64,000 nt of DNA from an uncultured Alphaproteobacteria bacterium (GTDB lineage Bacteria; Pseudomonadota; Alphaproteobacteria; RF32; CAG-239), in NCBI GenBank assembly GCA_904501925.1, contig CAJGCO010000005.1, forward strand, positions 16,219 to 80,218. The letters are read 5' to 3'. Below the pieces are notes generated by a model. It was not told where the DNA came from, did no database searches, and saw only the letters and a program-made list of their open reading frames with translations. The translations under genes were made by a program, and so were the position numbers. Below, in pieces: positions 34,571 to 44,538 of the stretch. How positions within the stretch are numbered: the stretch's first letter is position 1; the number at the start of each line of letters is the position of its first letter.

Positions 34571-35341
34571 GTGAAAATAGGGATTAATTTTAAAAATTAT
34601 ATGAAAAATTTGATGAAGGGAATTGGGAAAAGACCCTTTGTGTTGAATTTGATTGGTGATATTGCATTTGCTTATACTTGGTTGGTAGGAAAAACCAGTA
34701 AGATTGAAGTGCAAGGTATGATTGAATTTGAAGATTTAATTGAACAAAATGATGGTGGTATTTTTGTAACATGGCATGGTAGAGCTTTAATATTACCATT
34801 TTTTTGGCGTCGTAAAAGACAAATGAAAGCTTTGGTTTCACCTCATCAAGATGGAAGAATAATTGCTAGATTATTAAAGAGATTTGGTATTTTAAGTATT
34901 GATGGTTCATCTGATAGAAATGCAGGTGGAGCAGCTGTTGAAATATTTAGAGAGTTAAAAAAAGGGAGTGTTGTTTCGCTTATCTCTGATGGTCCTAGAG
35001 GTCCTTCTATGAGATTAAATAAAAGTGTTATATATTTTGCTCAAAAAACTGGAAAACCAATTATGGGGTTTACTTATAGTACTCATAATGCTTGGGTTGT
35101 TAGAAAAAGTTGGGATGATATGATTATTCCAAAGCTTTTTGATAAAGGTTATATTAGACATACTGAGCCTTTATATGTACCTGAATATATTGATGATGAG
35201 CAGTTAGAAGAAATTCGCTTAAAATTTGAGGAAGAACTTAATAGGTTAACTATTGAAATTGATAAAAAATGTGGTTTAGATCCAATTCTTCCCGGTGGAA
35301 CCAGAAAACTTAAAAGACTTATTAAAAATGAGAAAGTTTAG
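34571..35341 (+). CDS. DUF374-family protein (lysophospholipid acyltransferase-like), commonly linked to waaA
   Basis: GTG start, 256 aa, directly upstream of waaA as in many Proteobacteria. Confidence 0.6.
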   Translation: MKIGINFKNYMKNLMKGIGKRPFVLNLIGDIAFAYTWLVGKTSKIEVQGMIEFEDLIEQNDGGIFVTWHGRALILPFFWRRKRQMKALVSPHQDGRIIARLLKRFGILSIDGSSDRNAGGAAVEIFRELKKGSVVSLISDGPRGPSMRLNKSVIYFAQKTGKPIMGFTYSTHNAWVVRKSWDDMIIPKLFDKGYIRHTEPLYVPEYIDDEQLEEIRLKFEEELNRLTIEIDKKCGLDPILPGGTRKLKRLIKNEKV

Positions 35342-35350
35342 AGAAGGAAA

Positions 35351-36619
35351 ATGTATATGTATATAAGGTTATATAGAATTTTGATGACTTTGTTTTTTCC
35401 TATTATAAGGTTTACTTTAATAAAGAAAAGATTGCAAAATGGAAAAGAACCTAAAGATAGATTTAATGAGAGAATGGGCAAGTATTTAAAAAAACGTCCT
35501 GAAGGTAAGTTGTATTGGTTTCATGGGGCATCTGTTGGTGAGTCTGTTTCAATGTTGCCATTGATTGATAAGTTATTAAAAGAAGATGACAATTTGCATG
35601 TGTTGGTTACAACAGGAACGCTTACATCTGCAGAAATTATGGAGAAAAGATTGCCAGAGCGTGCAATGCATCAGTATATTTCATTTGATGTGCCAATGTT
35701 TGCAAAAAAACTTATAAAACATTTTAAACCTGATGCTGTGTTATGGTTTGAGTCTGAACTTTGGCCTTCAATGCTTTATGAAATTAAGAAAAATAATATA
35801 CCATTGATATTGGTTAATGGCAGAGTTTCTGATGTATCTTACAAAAATTGGAAGAGATTTAAGTTTGTTGCTAAAGAATTGTTAGATTGTTTTTCTTTGT
35901 GCTTGGGACAATCTGAGCAAGATAAAAATAGATTGATGTTTTTAGGGGCTAAAAAGGTTGAATGTGTTGGTAATTTGAAGTTTGCCGGAATGCCTTTGCC
36001 TATTGATGAAGTTAAGTTTGAACATATAAAAGAAAAAATTTCTGGTAAAAAAGTATTTTTGATATCATCAACACATTATAATGAAGAAGAATTAATCGCT
36101 AATTATTTAATTGAATTATATAAGTTGGTTGAAAATGTGTTAGTAATCGTTGCTCCTCGTCATCCGAATCGTGGTGGGGAAGTGGCTAAAATGTTTAGAA
36201 ATAAAAGTTTTAATGTGGCTCAGCGTTCTAAAGATGAAGAAATAAATGAAGATACAAATGTTTATGTTGCAGATACTATTGGTGAGATGGGGATGTGGTA
36301 TAAGCTTGCTGATGTTTGTTTTGTGGGTGGTTCTTTGATTAAACATGGTGGGCAAAATTTTGTAGAGCCTGCAAGAGATAAAGTTGCTGTTATTGTTGGG
36401 CCTCATATGCATAATTTTAATGAGATGATGAATAGGGCTAGAGTTAAGAATGCTATTATACAAGTTGGTAGTGGCCCAGATGTTGTAGAAGAAGTAATTA
36501 AACTTTATAAAGAGCCTGAGTATTTGCGTGAATGTCAGCAAAATGCTTATGATTGGGCGATGTTTGAAGCTAAAGTATTAGATGGAATTAGTTTGGCTTT
36601 AAAGAAGGTGTTAAAGTAA
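35351..36619 (+). CDS. waaA: 3-deoxy-D-manno-octulosonic acid (Kdo) transferase
   Basis: WFHGASVGESVSMLPLI motif (cf. KdtA HAVSVGE), a GT30 family length, and lpxK directly downstream. Confidence 0.85.
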   Translation: MYMYIRLYRILMTLFFPIIRFTLIKKRLQNGKEPKDRFNERMGKYLKKRPEGKLYWFHGASVGESVSMLPLIDKLLKEDDNLHVLVTTGTLTSAEIMEKRLPERAMHQYISFDVPMFAKKLIKHFKPDAVLWFESELWPSMLYEIKKNNIPLILVNGRVSDVSYKNWKRFKFVAKELLDCFSLCLGQSEQDKNRLMFLGAKKVECVGNLKFAGMPLPIDEVKFEHIKEKISGKKVFLISSTHYNEEELIANYLIELYKLVENVLVIVAPRHPNRGGEVAKMFRNKSFNVAQRSKDEEINEDTNVYVADTIGEMGMWYKLADVCFVGGSLIKHGGQNFVEPARDKVAVIVGPHMHNFNEMMNRARVKNAIIQVGSGPDVVEEVIKLYKEPEYLRECQQNAYDWAMFEAKVLDGISLALKKVLK

Positions 36620-37539
36620 TGAAAACTCCAAGATTTTGGAATGAAAATAATCTTATAACAAAAATATTATATCCTGTGTCTTTGGTATATGGATATGTTA
36701 CTCAATTAAGGGTAAAAAAGGGATATAGATATAAAAGTAGTGCAAAAGTTATTTGTATTGGAAATATTACAGCCGGTGGTGTTGGAAAAACTCCTGTTGC
36801 TATGGCTGTTGCAAAAAAATATATTGATGAAGGAAAGAAGGTTGTTTTTGTTACCAGAGGGTATAAGGGTAAATTAAAATATATTGTTGTGGATTTAGAT
36901 AAGCATTCTGCGATAGAGACAGGTGATGAAGCTAGATTGTTGGCTAGTGTTGCTGATGTTGTTATTGCTCCTCAAAGAGATAAAGGAGCTAAAATTGCTG
37001 AAACCCTTGGGGCAGAAATAATAATTATGGATGATGGGTTTCAAAATCCTTATTTATACAAAGATGAAAGTTGGCTTGTTTTTGATGGTGAAATTGGTAT
37101 TGGTAATGGAATGATTATACCAAGTGGTCCATTAAGAGAAACCTTAGAAAATGGTGAAAAAAGAGCTGATAGAGTTGTTATTATGGGAAATGATAAAACA
37201 GGACTTGCAAATAAGACAAAACTTGATGTTTATATGGGGAAATTGGTTGCGGAGCCTATAGATGTTGAAAATAAGAAAGTTATGGCTTTTGCAGGTATTG
37301 GTAGACCACAGAAATTTTATAATACATTAAAAGAATTAGGATTTGATGTGGTGGTTACAAAGGATTTTGAGGATCATCATAATTACAACAATGATGAACT
37401 TGTTGAGCTTATTGGTATGGCTAAAGAAAAAGAATTAACATTAATTACGACACAAAAAGATTATGTTAAAATTCCTAGTGAGTTTAGGAATAGTATTAAG
37501 TGTTTAAAAGTTAGAGCTGAGCTTAGCAAATATAATTAA
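36619..37539 (+). CDS. lpxK: Tetraacyldisaccharide 4'-kinase
   Basis: P-loop GNITAGGVGKTPV; 306 aa. Confidence 0.88.
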   Translation: MKTPRFWNENNLITKILYPVSLVYGYVTQLRVKKGYRYKSSAKVICIGNITAGGVGKTPVAMAVAKKYIDEGKKVVFVTRGYKGKLKYIVVDLDKHSAIETGDEARLLASVADVVIAPQRDKGAKIAETLGAEIIIMDDGFQNPYLYKDESWLVFDGEIGIGNGMIIPSGPLRETLENGEKRADRVVIMGNDKTGLANKTKLDVYMGKLVAEPIDVENKKVMAFAGIGRPQKFYNTLKELGFDVVVTKDFEDHHNYNNDELVELIGMAKEKELTLITTQKDYVKIPSEFRNSIKCLKVRAELSKYN

Positions 37540-38459
37540 ATATATTTTTCTAATTCGTTGTAATAGCTATTGGTTATTTTGGATTTAGCACATATTATTT
37601 CTAGTACAAAATATGGGATGTTTAGGTTGCGTCGTTTTCCTGTTCCTAATTTGTTTTTAGGGTGAGCTGTTCCTCCGTGGAAATCTGAACCACCTGAGCA
37701 AATTAGATTTAAATCTTTAATGATGTTTAAGTATAATTTTCTTTCTTTCTTTTTTTGTGAAGAATGGAAAATTTCTATGCCATCTAATCCATAAGATTTT
37801 AGCTCAGATATTAGATTATATAAATCTTTGGGGGATTTTTTGGTGTGAATAGGGTGAGCAAGGATTGCTGTTGCTTTATTATCTTTTATAAATTCAATTA
37901 TTTCTTTTGCATCTTTGGGTCTGTCTTCAATATGAGCAGGGCTGTTTTTTGCAAAGATGGTTTTATATGCTGTTTGTGTGTCTGGTATATAGCCTTTTTT
38001 TAATAAGGCATCAGCAAAGTGAGGTCGTCTAACTTGGGTACGAAGATTGCCTTTGTCATCATAGGCTATGTCTTCAAATGTTATATTGTATCCTAGTTTT
38101 TGGAGAGCTTCTAAGCGTTGTAAAGTTAATTCTTTGCGACGTTTAATTTCTGAATCTTGATGAGCCTTAAATTGAGATAAGTTTTTTTTAGGGATATTTA
38201 ATGCAATTATTTCTATATCGGTATTAGGGTAATATACTGAAAGTTCTGAACCGGTTACAATATGTATGTTTTTGTTTTTTGATAAAGATAATAATTCAAG
38301 GGAACCTGTTATTGCATCGTGGTCAGTTAAAGCTAATGCTTCCAAATTTATTGAAAGAGCTTTGTTTAGTAGTTCTTGAGGGGTGAGAAAACCATCGGAA
38401 TGGTTTGAATGTGTATGTAAGTCAATCATATTAAAACCGTATAGTGAAAATGTTTGCAC
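37536..38459 (-). CDS. PHP-domain phosphoesterase (TrpH/YciV-like)
   Basis: IDLHTHSNHSDG metal-binding motif. The start could be the internal MIDLH (38429). Confidence 0.75.
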   Translation of the reverse strand: MQTFSLYGFNMIDLHTHSNHSDGFLTPQELLNKALSINLEALALTDHDAITGSLELLSLSKNKNIHIVTGSELSVYYPNTDIEIIALNIPKKNLSQFKAHQDSEIKRRKELTLQRLEALQKLGYNITFEDIAYDDKGNLRTQVRRPHFADALLKKGYIPDTQTAYKTIFAKNSPAHIEDRPKDAKEIIEFIKDNKATAILAHPIHTKKSPKDLYNLISELKSYGLDGIEIFHSSQKKKERKLYLNIIKDLNLICSGGSDFHGGTAHPKNKLGTGKRRNLNIPYFVLEIICAKSKITNSYYNELEKYI

Positions 38460-38609
38460 TGATGTTTGCGCTTTTATGGGAGCCAGAAGCTTGGCATGAA
38501 CTTATAAATAAACATATAGCTAAAATTAGAAATAGGCGCATCTTTGTTTCCTTTATTGTGTTTTTTTATATTGTATGGTTAAAGAGTAAAAATATATTTA
38601 AGTTTGAAA

Positions 38610-39950
38610 TTATTTTAAGAAACTTTTTATGCGTGGTGAAAAAATAATATCGTCTTCGGTTAGGGTGTTTTTTATTAGCATATCAGTTTTTTGGCGAGTT
38701 CTTGAAAGGGCAACATATAATTGTCCATGTGCAAATGCTCCTTTGTTTATATCTATAATAACTCTATCTAAGGTTTTTCCTTGAGATTTATGAATGGTTA
38801 ATGCATATCCTAATTGTAGTGGAAATTGAATAAAAGAACCTGTTTCTTTTTCTGTGATGTCGCCAGTTATTTGATCTACATCATAAGAAAAAGATTTCCA
38901 TTCTTCTCGATAAACAGTAATAAATTTGTTATCGTGTAGGCACCTAACTACAATGTATCTATCTTCTAAACGTTCAATAATTCCAGATGTTCCATTGATA
39001 TAGTCGGGAAGATTGTTTTTATTAAATACAACTAGTGCGCCAACTTTAAGAGTTAAATTTTTGGGAGATGGGGTATCTTTTAATTTTTCAAAACTTCCAT
39101 TTAATTTTGCTTCATATGTTGATGAAGGGGTTTTTAGTTCGTTTAGTCGTTTTGAATTAATTTCATCTGCTATTTGGCGATATGGAGTAATTGTTATAGC
39201 TGTTGAAATGAAATCGTCAGGATATGTTTCTTGTTGGTTGAAATAATTTAGAGTTTCAGGTATTAGTTCGTTATTTCTAATATTTTGCAAATAGCTTAAT
39301 AATGTGGGGTCTTTTTGGCGATATACTTCTGTTAGTTCAATTTTTTCGAAAGATCCTTTTTGATATGATTTTGAATCAAAAAAATATGGTTCGTTTGTTT
39401 GATATTCTTGTTTAAAAATTGGAATGGTTTCATGTTTTATAATAGGGGGAAGTTGGCATAAATCACCAATTAGTATTATTTGTAAACCTCCGAATAAAGA
39501 TAAGTTGCCACGAGCTTGGCAGCAAAGAGCTTCTATTGCATCAAGGATATCAGGGCGAAGCATTGATACTTCGTCAATTATTAAAATATCTGTTTTTTTT
39601 AGTATTGATTTTAATTTGCGACGTTTGGTTGAAAGTATATCGCTAATTATTATGTAGTCGCTTAAAGGGAGGTTGAACATAGAGTGAATTGTGGAACCCT
39701 CTATATTTAAGGCGGCAATGGCAGTTGGTGCTATAATACGAATTCTTTTTTTAGAGTGTTTCTTTAAGTATTTTATGAAAGTTGATTTACCGGTGCCTGC
39801 TTGTCCTTGGATAAAAAAATTGGTATGAGTATGTTCTATTTTATCAAATAGTTTGCGTTGCACTAAATTTAGAGTATCTATATCTTTTACGGATTTTGAT
39901 AGTGCTCTAATTGAGTTTGGGTTGGTTGATGTTAGGTCTAATATGCTCAT
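38610..39950 (-). CDS. Pif1/RecD-like SF1 DNA helicase
   Basis: Walker A GQAGTGKST, a DExx region (IIDEVSM) and C-terminal HKSQGKTLDRVIID, typical of AAA_30 + UvrD_C_2 helicases. Confidence 0.75.
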   Translation of the reverse strand: MSILDLTSTNPNSIRALSKSVKDIDTLNLVQRKLFDKIEHTHTNFFIQGQAGTGKSTFIKYLKKHSKKRIRIIAPTAIAALNIEGSTIHSMFNLPLSDYIIISDILSTKRRKLKSILKKTDILIIDEVSMLRPDILDAIEALCCQARGNLSLFGGLQIILIGDLCQLPPIIKHETIPIFKQEYQTNEPYFFDSKSYQKGSFEKIELTEVYRQKDPTLLSYLQNIRNNELIPETLNYFNQQETYPDDFISTAITITPYRQIADEINSKRLNELKTPSSTYEAKLNGSFEKLKDTPSPKNLTLKVGALVVFNKNNLPDYINGTSGIIERLEDRYIVVRCLHDNKFITVYREEWKSFSYDVDQITGDITEKETGSFIQFPLQLGYALTIHKSQGKTLDRVIIDINKGAFAHGQLYVALSRTRQKTDMLIKNTLTEDDIIFSPRIKSFLK

Positions 39951-40004
39951 ACAATTTATTTCCTTATTTGATAATAAGGTATAGATAAGTAGTTGTATGT
40001 CAAG

Positions 40005-41327
40005 TTATTTTTCGTATTTTTCTTTTAAAGTATTAGCGATTTTGAATACTTGTGAAGAATAGTGAGCACCTTTGATTAAAAGGATGTCATCATTTTGTAG
40101 AATATTGTGGGTAAGAACATCTAATACTCCTTCAATTGATGGAAAGTAGTATTGCTGAGTTGATGGAGATAATTGAGCTAAGATGTCTTTTGTTTCTTCG
40201 CATATGCCAATTACGATGTCTATATTGTTTTCTTTTAGGGTTTGACCTACTTCTATATGAGCTGTTTTAGAATAATCTCCTAATTCTGCCATTTTGCCAA
40301 GAAGGGCTATTTTTCTTCCAGAAGTTTTTATGTTTGCTAAAGATTTAATGGCTAGTTTTACAGCATCTGGTTGGCCAGAATAGCTATCATCAATTAAAGT
40401 TATGTTGTTGTTGTTGATGTTTAATTGATGTTTTTTACCTCTTCCGGCAGGGGGGGTAAATTTATTTATAGCAGAAATTGCTGTATCAATATCTAAGTTT
40501 AGAGCTTTGATTACAGATAGTACAACCCAAGCATTATAATAATTGTGTTCACCAGTATCTTTTAGGTTTAGTTTAATATGTTGGTATTTTTCTTTGGAAT
40601 ATGCGTGAATGTTGTTTGTGTATTTTAATGCATTATTTTTTATGATATCTGCATGCAAGCTATCTGCATTGTAAATAGCTAAACCAGAGGAGGATAAGCC
40701 TTCAAAAATTTCAGATTTTGCGATAGCTATGTTTTGAGTGGTTTTTAAGAATTCTATGTGCATTGGATATACATTAGTAACAATTGCAATATCTGGTGAT
40801 GCTAGTGATGTTAGGTAACTAATTTCACCAAGAGATGACATTCCCATTTCTATTATGGCAAATTTAGAGTTCATATCTAAATCTAAAAGAGAGCGAGGTA
40901 CGCCGATATGATTGTTAAAATTACCAGAGGTTGCATAAGTTGGGGCGAAAGTTGAAAGTGTATGTTTTAGCTCTTCTTTTGTCGTGGTTTTGCCAGAACT
41001 TCCGGTTAAAGCTATCAAAGTTCCTTTATATTGCATACGATTATGGTGGGCAATTTTACCTAAAGCCTTTAGAGTATCATTTACTATGATTATTTTTGAA
41101 TTATCAATATTGGGAATTTCTTTTTGAGAAACAACAAGGGGAACGCCTTTTTCTAAAACATCTTTTATGAAATCGTGACCATCAAAGTTTTCACCTTTTA
41201 TTGCAATAAATAATGATGAAGAATTTACGTTTCTGCTATCGGTTGAAACGTTGTTAATGGTTACATCATCTATTGGTTGGTTGCAATCTAGTATGGTTAG
41301 AATTTGTTTTGATGTTAGTTCTAGCAT
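40005..41327 (-). CDS. murF: UDP-N-acetylmuramoyl-tripeptide--D-alanyl-D-alanine ligase
   Basis: Mur ligase motifs (TGSSGKTTT, DDSYSG); 440 aa. Confidence 0.85.
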   Translation of the reverse strand: MLELTSKQILTILDCNQPIDDVTINNVSTDSRNVNSSSLFIAIKGENFDGHDFIKDVLEKGVPLVVSQKEIPNIDNSKIIIVNDTLKALGKIAHHNRMQYKGTLIALTGSSGKTTTKEELKHTLSTFAPTYATSGNFNNHIGVPRSLLDLDMNSKFAIIEMGMSSLGEISYLTSLASPDIAIVTNVYPMHIEFLKTTQNIAIAKSEIFEGLSSSGLAIYNADSLHADIIKNNALKYTNNIHAYSKEKYQHIKLNLKDTGEHNYYNAWVVLSVIKALNLDIDTAISAINKFTPPAGRGKKHQLNINNNNITLIDDSYSGQPDAVKLAIKSLANIKTSGRKIALLGKMAELGDYSKTAHIEVGQTLKENNIDIVIGICEETKDILAQLSPSTQQYYFPSIEGVLDVLTHNILQNDDILLIKGAHYSSQVFKIANTLKEKYEK

Positions 41328-41472
41328 TTTGATCCTCGTTGTGTTGTATTTTTTATGTAAATATTATGATGTATAAAAGTTAATTAGAGCTTACTTTTTG
41401 ATAAAAAAAATCTTGATTTTTATTAAAATTTTGAGTATGTTGAGAAGACTTGAGAAATATTGGAGCAAAAAT

Positions 41473-41922
41473 ATGAAATGTCCATTTTGTGGAAAGACTG
41501 ATACGCAAGTTAAAGATTCGCGTGATACGGTTGATGAAACAGCTATTAGAAGAAGGCGCGAGTGCCCTGATTGTGGGGGACGTTTTACTACATATGAAAG
41601 AGTTTGGTTGCAAGATTTAATGGTTATTAAAAAAAATGGTGAAAGAGTACCATTTGATAGAGAAAAATTATTTCGTTCAATTAGTCTTGCAGTTAGTAAA
41701 TGTGGTATTTCAACATATGAAGTGGAAAAACTTGTTGAGGAAATTAGACGTGAATGTGAAAGCGCTAGTGTGTCTGAGATTTCATCTAAAAATATAGGTG
41801 AAAAAGTAATGGATAGGCTGATAAAAATAAATAAGGTTGCCTATATTAGGTTTGCTTCAGTTTATAAAGACTTCAAAGAAGTTAAAGATTTTGAAGAATT
41901 TGTTAGTAAAATTAGTTCTTAA
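41473..41922 (+). CDS. nrdR: Transcriptional repressor NrdR
   Basis: MKCPFCG...CPDCGGRFTTYE zinc ribbon + ATP-cone. A GGAG RBS lies upstream, and the ORF track start at 41398 is too early. Confidence 0.9.
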   Translation: MKCPFCGKTDTQVKDSRDTVDETAIRRRRECPDCGGRFTTYERVWLQDLMVIKKNGERVPFDREKLFRSISLAVSKCGISTYEVEKLVEEIRRECESASVSEISSKNIGEKVMDRLIKINKVAYIRFASVYKDFKEVKDFEEFVSKISS

Positions 41923-41947
41923 TTAATGTGTGTTATATGAGGATAAT

Positions 41948-42433
41948 ATGGTAAAGTTTGTTTCTGAAAAAATTAGAAAAAAATCTGGTGCTAGATTGGC
42001 ATCTGTTCAAGCTGTTTATATGGCAGGTTTTTCAGGGTTAAGTGTTGATGAAGTTGTTGAAGACTTTGTTAGAGGTGATGTAGGTCGTTATGCAATTGAA
42101 GAAGATTGCTTTAATGGCGAAGAAATGGTTGAACTTGCTGAAATTGATAAACCTTATTTTGAAAAACTTGTAAAAGGTATTTTATCTAAAAAAGAAGATT
42201 TAGAAAATTCTTTGAGAGTGTATTTAAAAGATGGTGGTTCATATGATTATATGAATGCAACTATGCAAGCACTTTTGTTGTGCGCAATTTATGAACTTAA
42301 TTATACAGTTGAAGTTGATAAAAAAGTTATTATTCAAGAGTATGTGGATTTGGCTTATGCTTTCTTTACAAAAAATGAGCCAAAAATGATTAATGCTCTT
42401 TTAGATCAAATTTCAAAGAATGTTAGAATATAA
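41948..42433 (+). CDS. nusB: Transcription antitermination factor NusB
   Basis: ARLASVQAVY NusB signature; a GAGGA RBS lies before the ATG at 41948. Confidence 0.8.
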   Translation: MVKFVSEKIRKKSGARLASVQAVYMAGFSGLSVDEVVEDFVRGDVGRYAIEEDCFNGEEMVELAEIDKPYFEKLVKGILSKKEDLENSLRVYLKDGGSYDYMNATMQALLLCAIYELNYTVEVDKKVIIQEYVDLAYAFFTKNEPKMINALLDQISKNVRI

Positions 42434-42449
42434 TTAAAAGAGAGTTGAG

Positions 42450-42956
42450 ATGGCAATACTTAAGCTTTATACATATCCTGAAAAAATTTTAGCACAGAAA
42501 TGTGAAAAGGTTGATGTGGTTGATGATAAAATTAGGCTTCTGCTTGATGATATGTTAGAGACTATGTATGAAGATAAAGGAGTTGGGTTGGCGGCTCCTC
42601 AGATTGGAGTTTCAAAGCGTATAATTGTTGTTGATGATAAAACAACTGAAGAAGGAAAGGGTGAAAACCCTATGTATATGGTTAATCCTGAAATTATTGA
42701 AAAATCTGATGAAAAGATTTTATTTAATGAGGGATGTTTATCCGTTCCTGGACAATGTGCAGAAGTTGAAAGATATCAACGAATTAAAGTAAAATATCTT
42801 GATTATAATGGAAAAGAACAAGTAATTGAAGCAGAAGATTATTTGGCTGTTATTCTTCAACATGAAATTGATCATTTAGATGGTATTTTGTATATTGATA
42901 GAATAAGTAGATTGAAAAAAAATATAATAATTAAAAAGTTAAAAAAACAAGCTTAA
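42450..42956 (+). CDS. def: Peptide deformylase
   Basis: GVGLAAPQIG, EGCLS and HEIDHLDG motifs. Confidence 0.93.
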   Translation: MAILKLYTYPEKILAQKCEKVDVVDDKIRLLLDDMLETMYEDKGVGLAAPQIGVSKRIIVVDDKTTEEGKGENPMYMVNPEIIEKSDEKILFNEGCLSVPGQCAEVERYQRIKVKYLDYNGKEQVIEAEDYLAVILQHEIDHLDGILYIDRISRLKKNIIIKKLKKQA

Positions 42957-42970
42957 TTTGTGAGTGAATT

Positions 42971-43729
42971 GTGTTTATAGATAGTCATTGTCATATTGAT
43001 AAAGATGAGGTATTGATTCGAGCTTTTGATGCTGGTGTTAAAGGGGTATTAAATGCAGGAAGTGATTTAGATAATAATCTAATTGCTTTAGAAATGGCTG
43101 AAAAATATGATAATGTATGGACGAGTGTTGGTATACATCCTGATAGTGTAGTTGAAAAAATAGATAAAATCAGAGTTGAAGATATTGTTGAGAAATCCAA
43201 ACATAATAAAGTGATTGCTATTGGAGAATGTGGTTTAGATTATCATTATGGTTTTGATGTTAAAAATGTGCAAAAAGAAATGTTTTTAAGGCATATAAAA
43301 GCTAGTATGATTACTAAATTGCCACTAATGATACATCATAGAGATGCTGAAGATGATATGATAGAAATGCTATCAAAAGCAAAAAGTGAATGTTGTGATT
43401 TGAGGGGTGTTATTCATTGTTTTACAGCAAGTAAAGAATTTGCAAAAGCTGTTTATGATTTAGGATTTTATATTTCTGCTTCAGGGATTATTACTTTTAA
43501 GAGTGCTCAAAGTATTGTTGAAGTATTTGAGAAGTTTGATAGAAATCGAGTTTTAATAGAAACTGATTGTCCTTATCTTGCGCCAGTTCCATATAGAGGG
43601 AAGGAAAATGAGCCAGCATATGTGGTTAAAACGGCTGAAAAGTTAGCTCAAATATGGGGGGTGAGTGTTGATAAGGTTGCAGAAATTACATCTAATAACT
43701 TTTTTAGATTATATCAAAAAGCATTATAA
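42971..43729 (+). CDS. tatD: TatD-family DNase/hydrolase (paralog 2)
   Basis: GTG start; MFIDSHCHID and the other TatD metal-ligand motifs. Confidence 0.82.
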   Translation: MFIDSHCHIDKDEVLIRAFDAGVKGVLNAGSDLDNNLIALEMAEKYDNVWTSVGIHPDSVVEKIDKIRVEDIVEKSKHNKVIAIGECGLDYHYGFDVKNVQKEMFLRHIKASMITKLPLMIHHRDAEDDMIEMLSKAKSECCDLRGVIHCFTASKEFAKAVYDLGFYISASGIITFKSAQSIVEVFEKFDRNRVLIETDCPYLAPVPYRGKENEPAYVVKTAEKLAQIWGVSVDKVAEITSNNFFRLYQKAL

Positions 43730-43750
43730 AGAAAAATAGGAGAGACGTAA

Positions 43751-44536
43751 GTGGCTAAGGTTATAATATTAGGTAGTGGGGCAGCTCCAGGAGTTCCATC
43801 TTTGTCGTATGGGTTTGGTAATTGTGATCCTGAAAATCCTAAAAATTATAGATTAAGAACAGGCACATATGTTGAATTAAGTGGTGTTAAATTTTTGATT
43901 GATACGTCTCCTGATTTGAGATTGCAGTTAATAAATAATAATATTAGAGATTTGGATGCTGTTTTTTATACTCATTCTCATGCAGATCATTTGCATGGTA
44001 TTGATGATTTAAGAGAGATAAATCGTATTACAGGAAAAGCGATAGATACTTATGCATCTAAAAATAATATGGAGATTATTAAAATTCGTTTTCCATATTT
44101 GATTGCTGAAAATGATAGTGATGTTAATCCTGTTTTTAGAGCGGCTCTTCGTCCTAATGTTATTAATTATAATGAAAGTTTTTTTATAAAAGATTTAAAA
44201 GTAACTCCAATAAAATTAATTGGGCATAATGTAGAAAGTACCGGATTTATTTTTAATGATGGGGAATTAGTTTTTATTGCTGATTTTAGAGAAATTGCCA
44301 AAGAGGATTTGGGGTATATTTTGAGAAAACCTGAGTTGATGGTAATGCCTTTAACAACACCTAGAGGAACAAGATTTCATGCTGGTTTAGATGATTTGCT
44401 GGTATATAATGAACAAATTGAGCCTAAGCGAATGGTTATAAATCATATGGCGGTTGAGAGTGATTATCAAGAGGTTTTATCTCAATGTCCAAGTGGAGTT
44501 GAGCCAGCTTATGATGGTATGGTGATAGAGTGGTAA
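43751..44536 (+). CDS. MBL-fold metallo-hydrolase
   Basis: HSHADHLHG metal-binding motif; GTG start with an AGGAGA RBS. Confidence 0.75.
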   Translation: MAKVIILGSGAAPGVPSLSYGFGNCDPENPKNYRLRTGTYVELSGVKFLIDTSPDLRLQLINNNIRDLDAVFYTHSHADHLHGIDDLREINRITGKAIDTYASKNNMEIIKIRFPYLIAENDSDVNPVFRAALRPNVINYNESFFIKDLKVTPIKLIGHNVESTGFIFNDGELVFIADFREIAKEDLGYILRKPELMVMPLTTPRGTRFHAGLDDLLVYNEQIEPKRMVINHMAVESDYQEVLSQCPSGVEPAYDGMVIEW

Positions 44537-44538
44537 TA

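Noticed and set aside
38444-38647. 67-aa ORF between the PHP phosphoesterase and the helicase gene
   Set aside because: It overlaps the ends of both flanking genes, has no RBS, and has an implausible composition; it is likely spurious.
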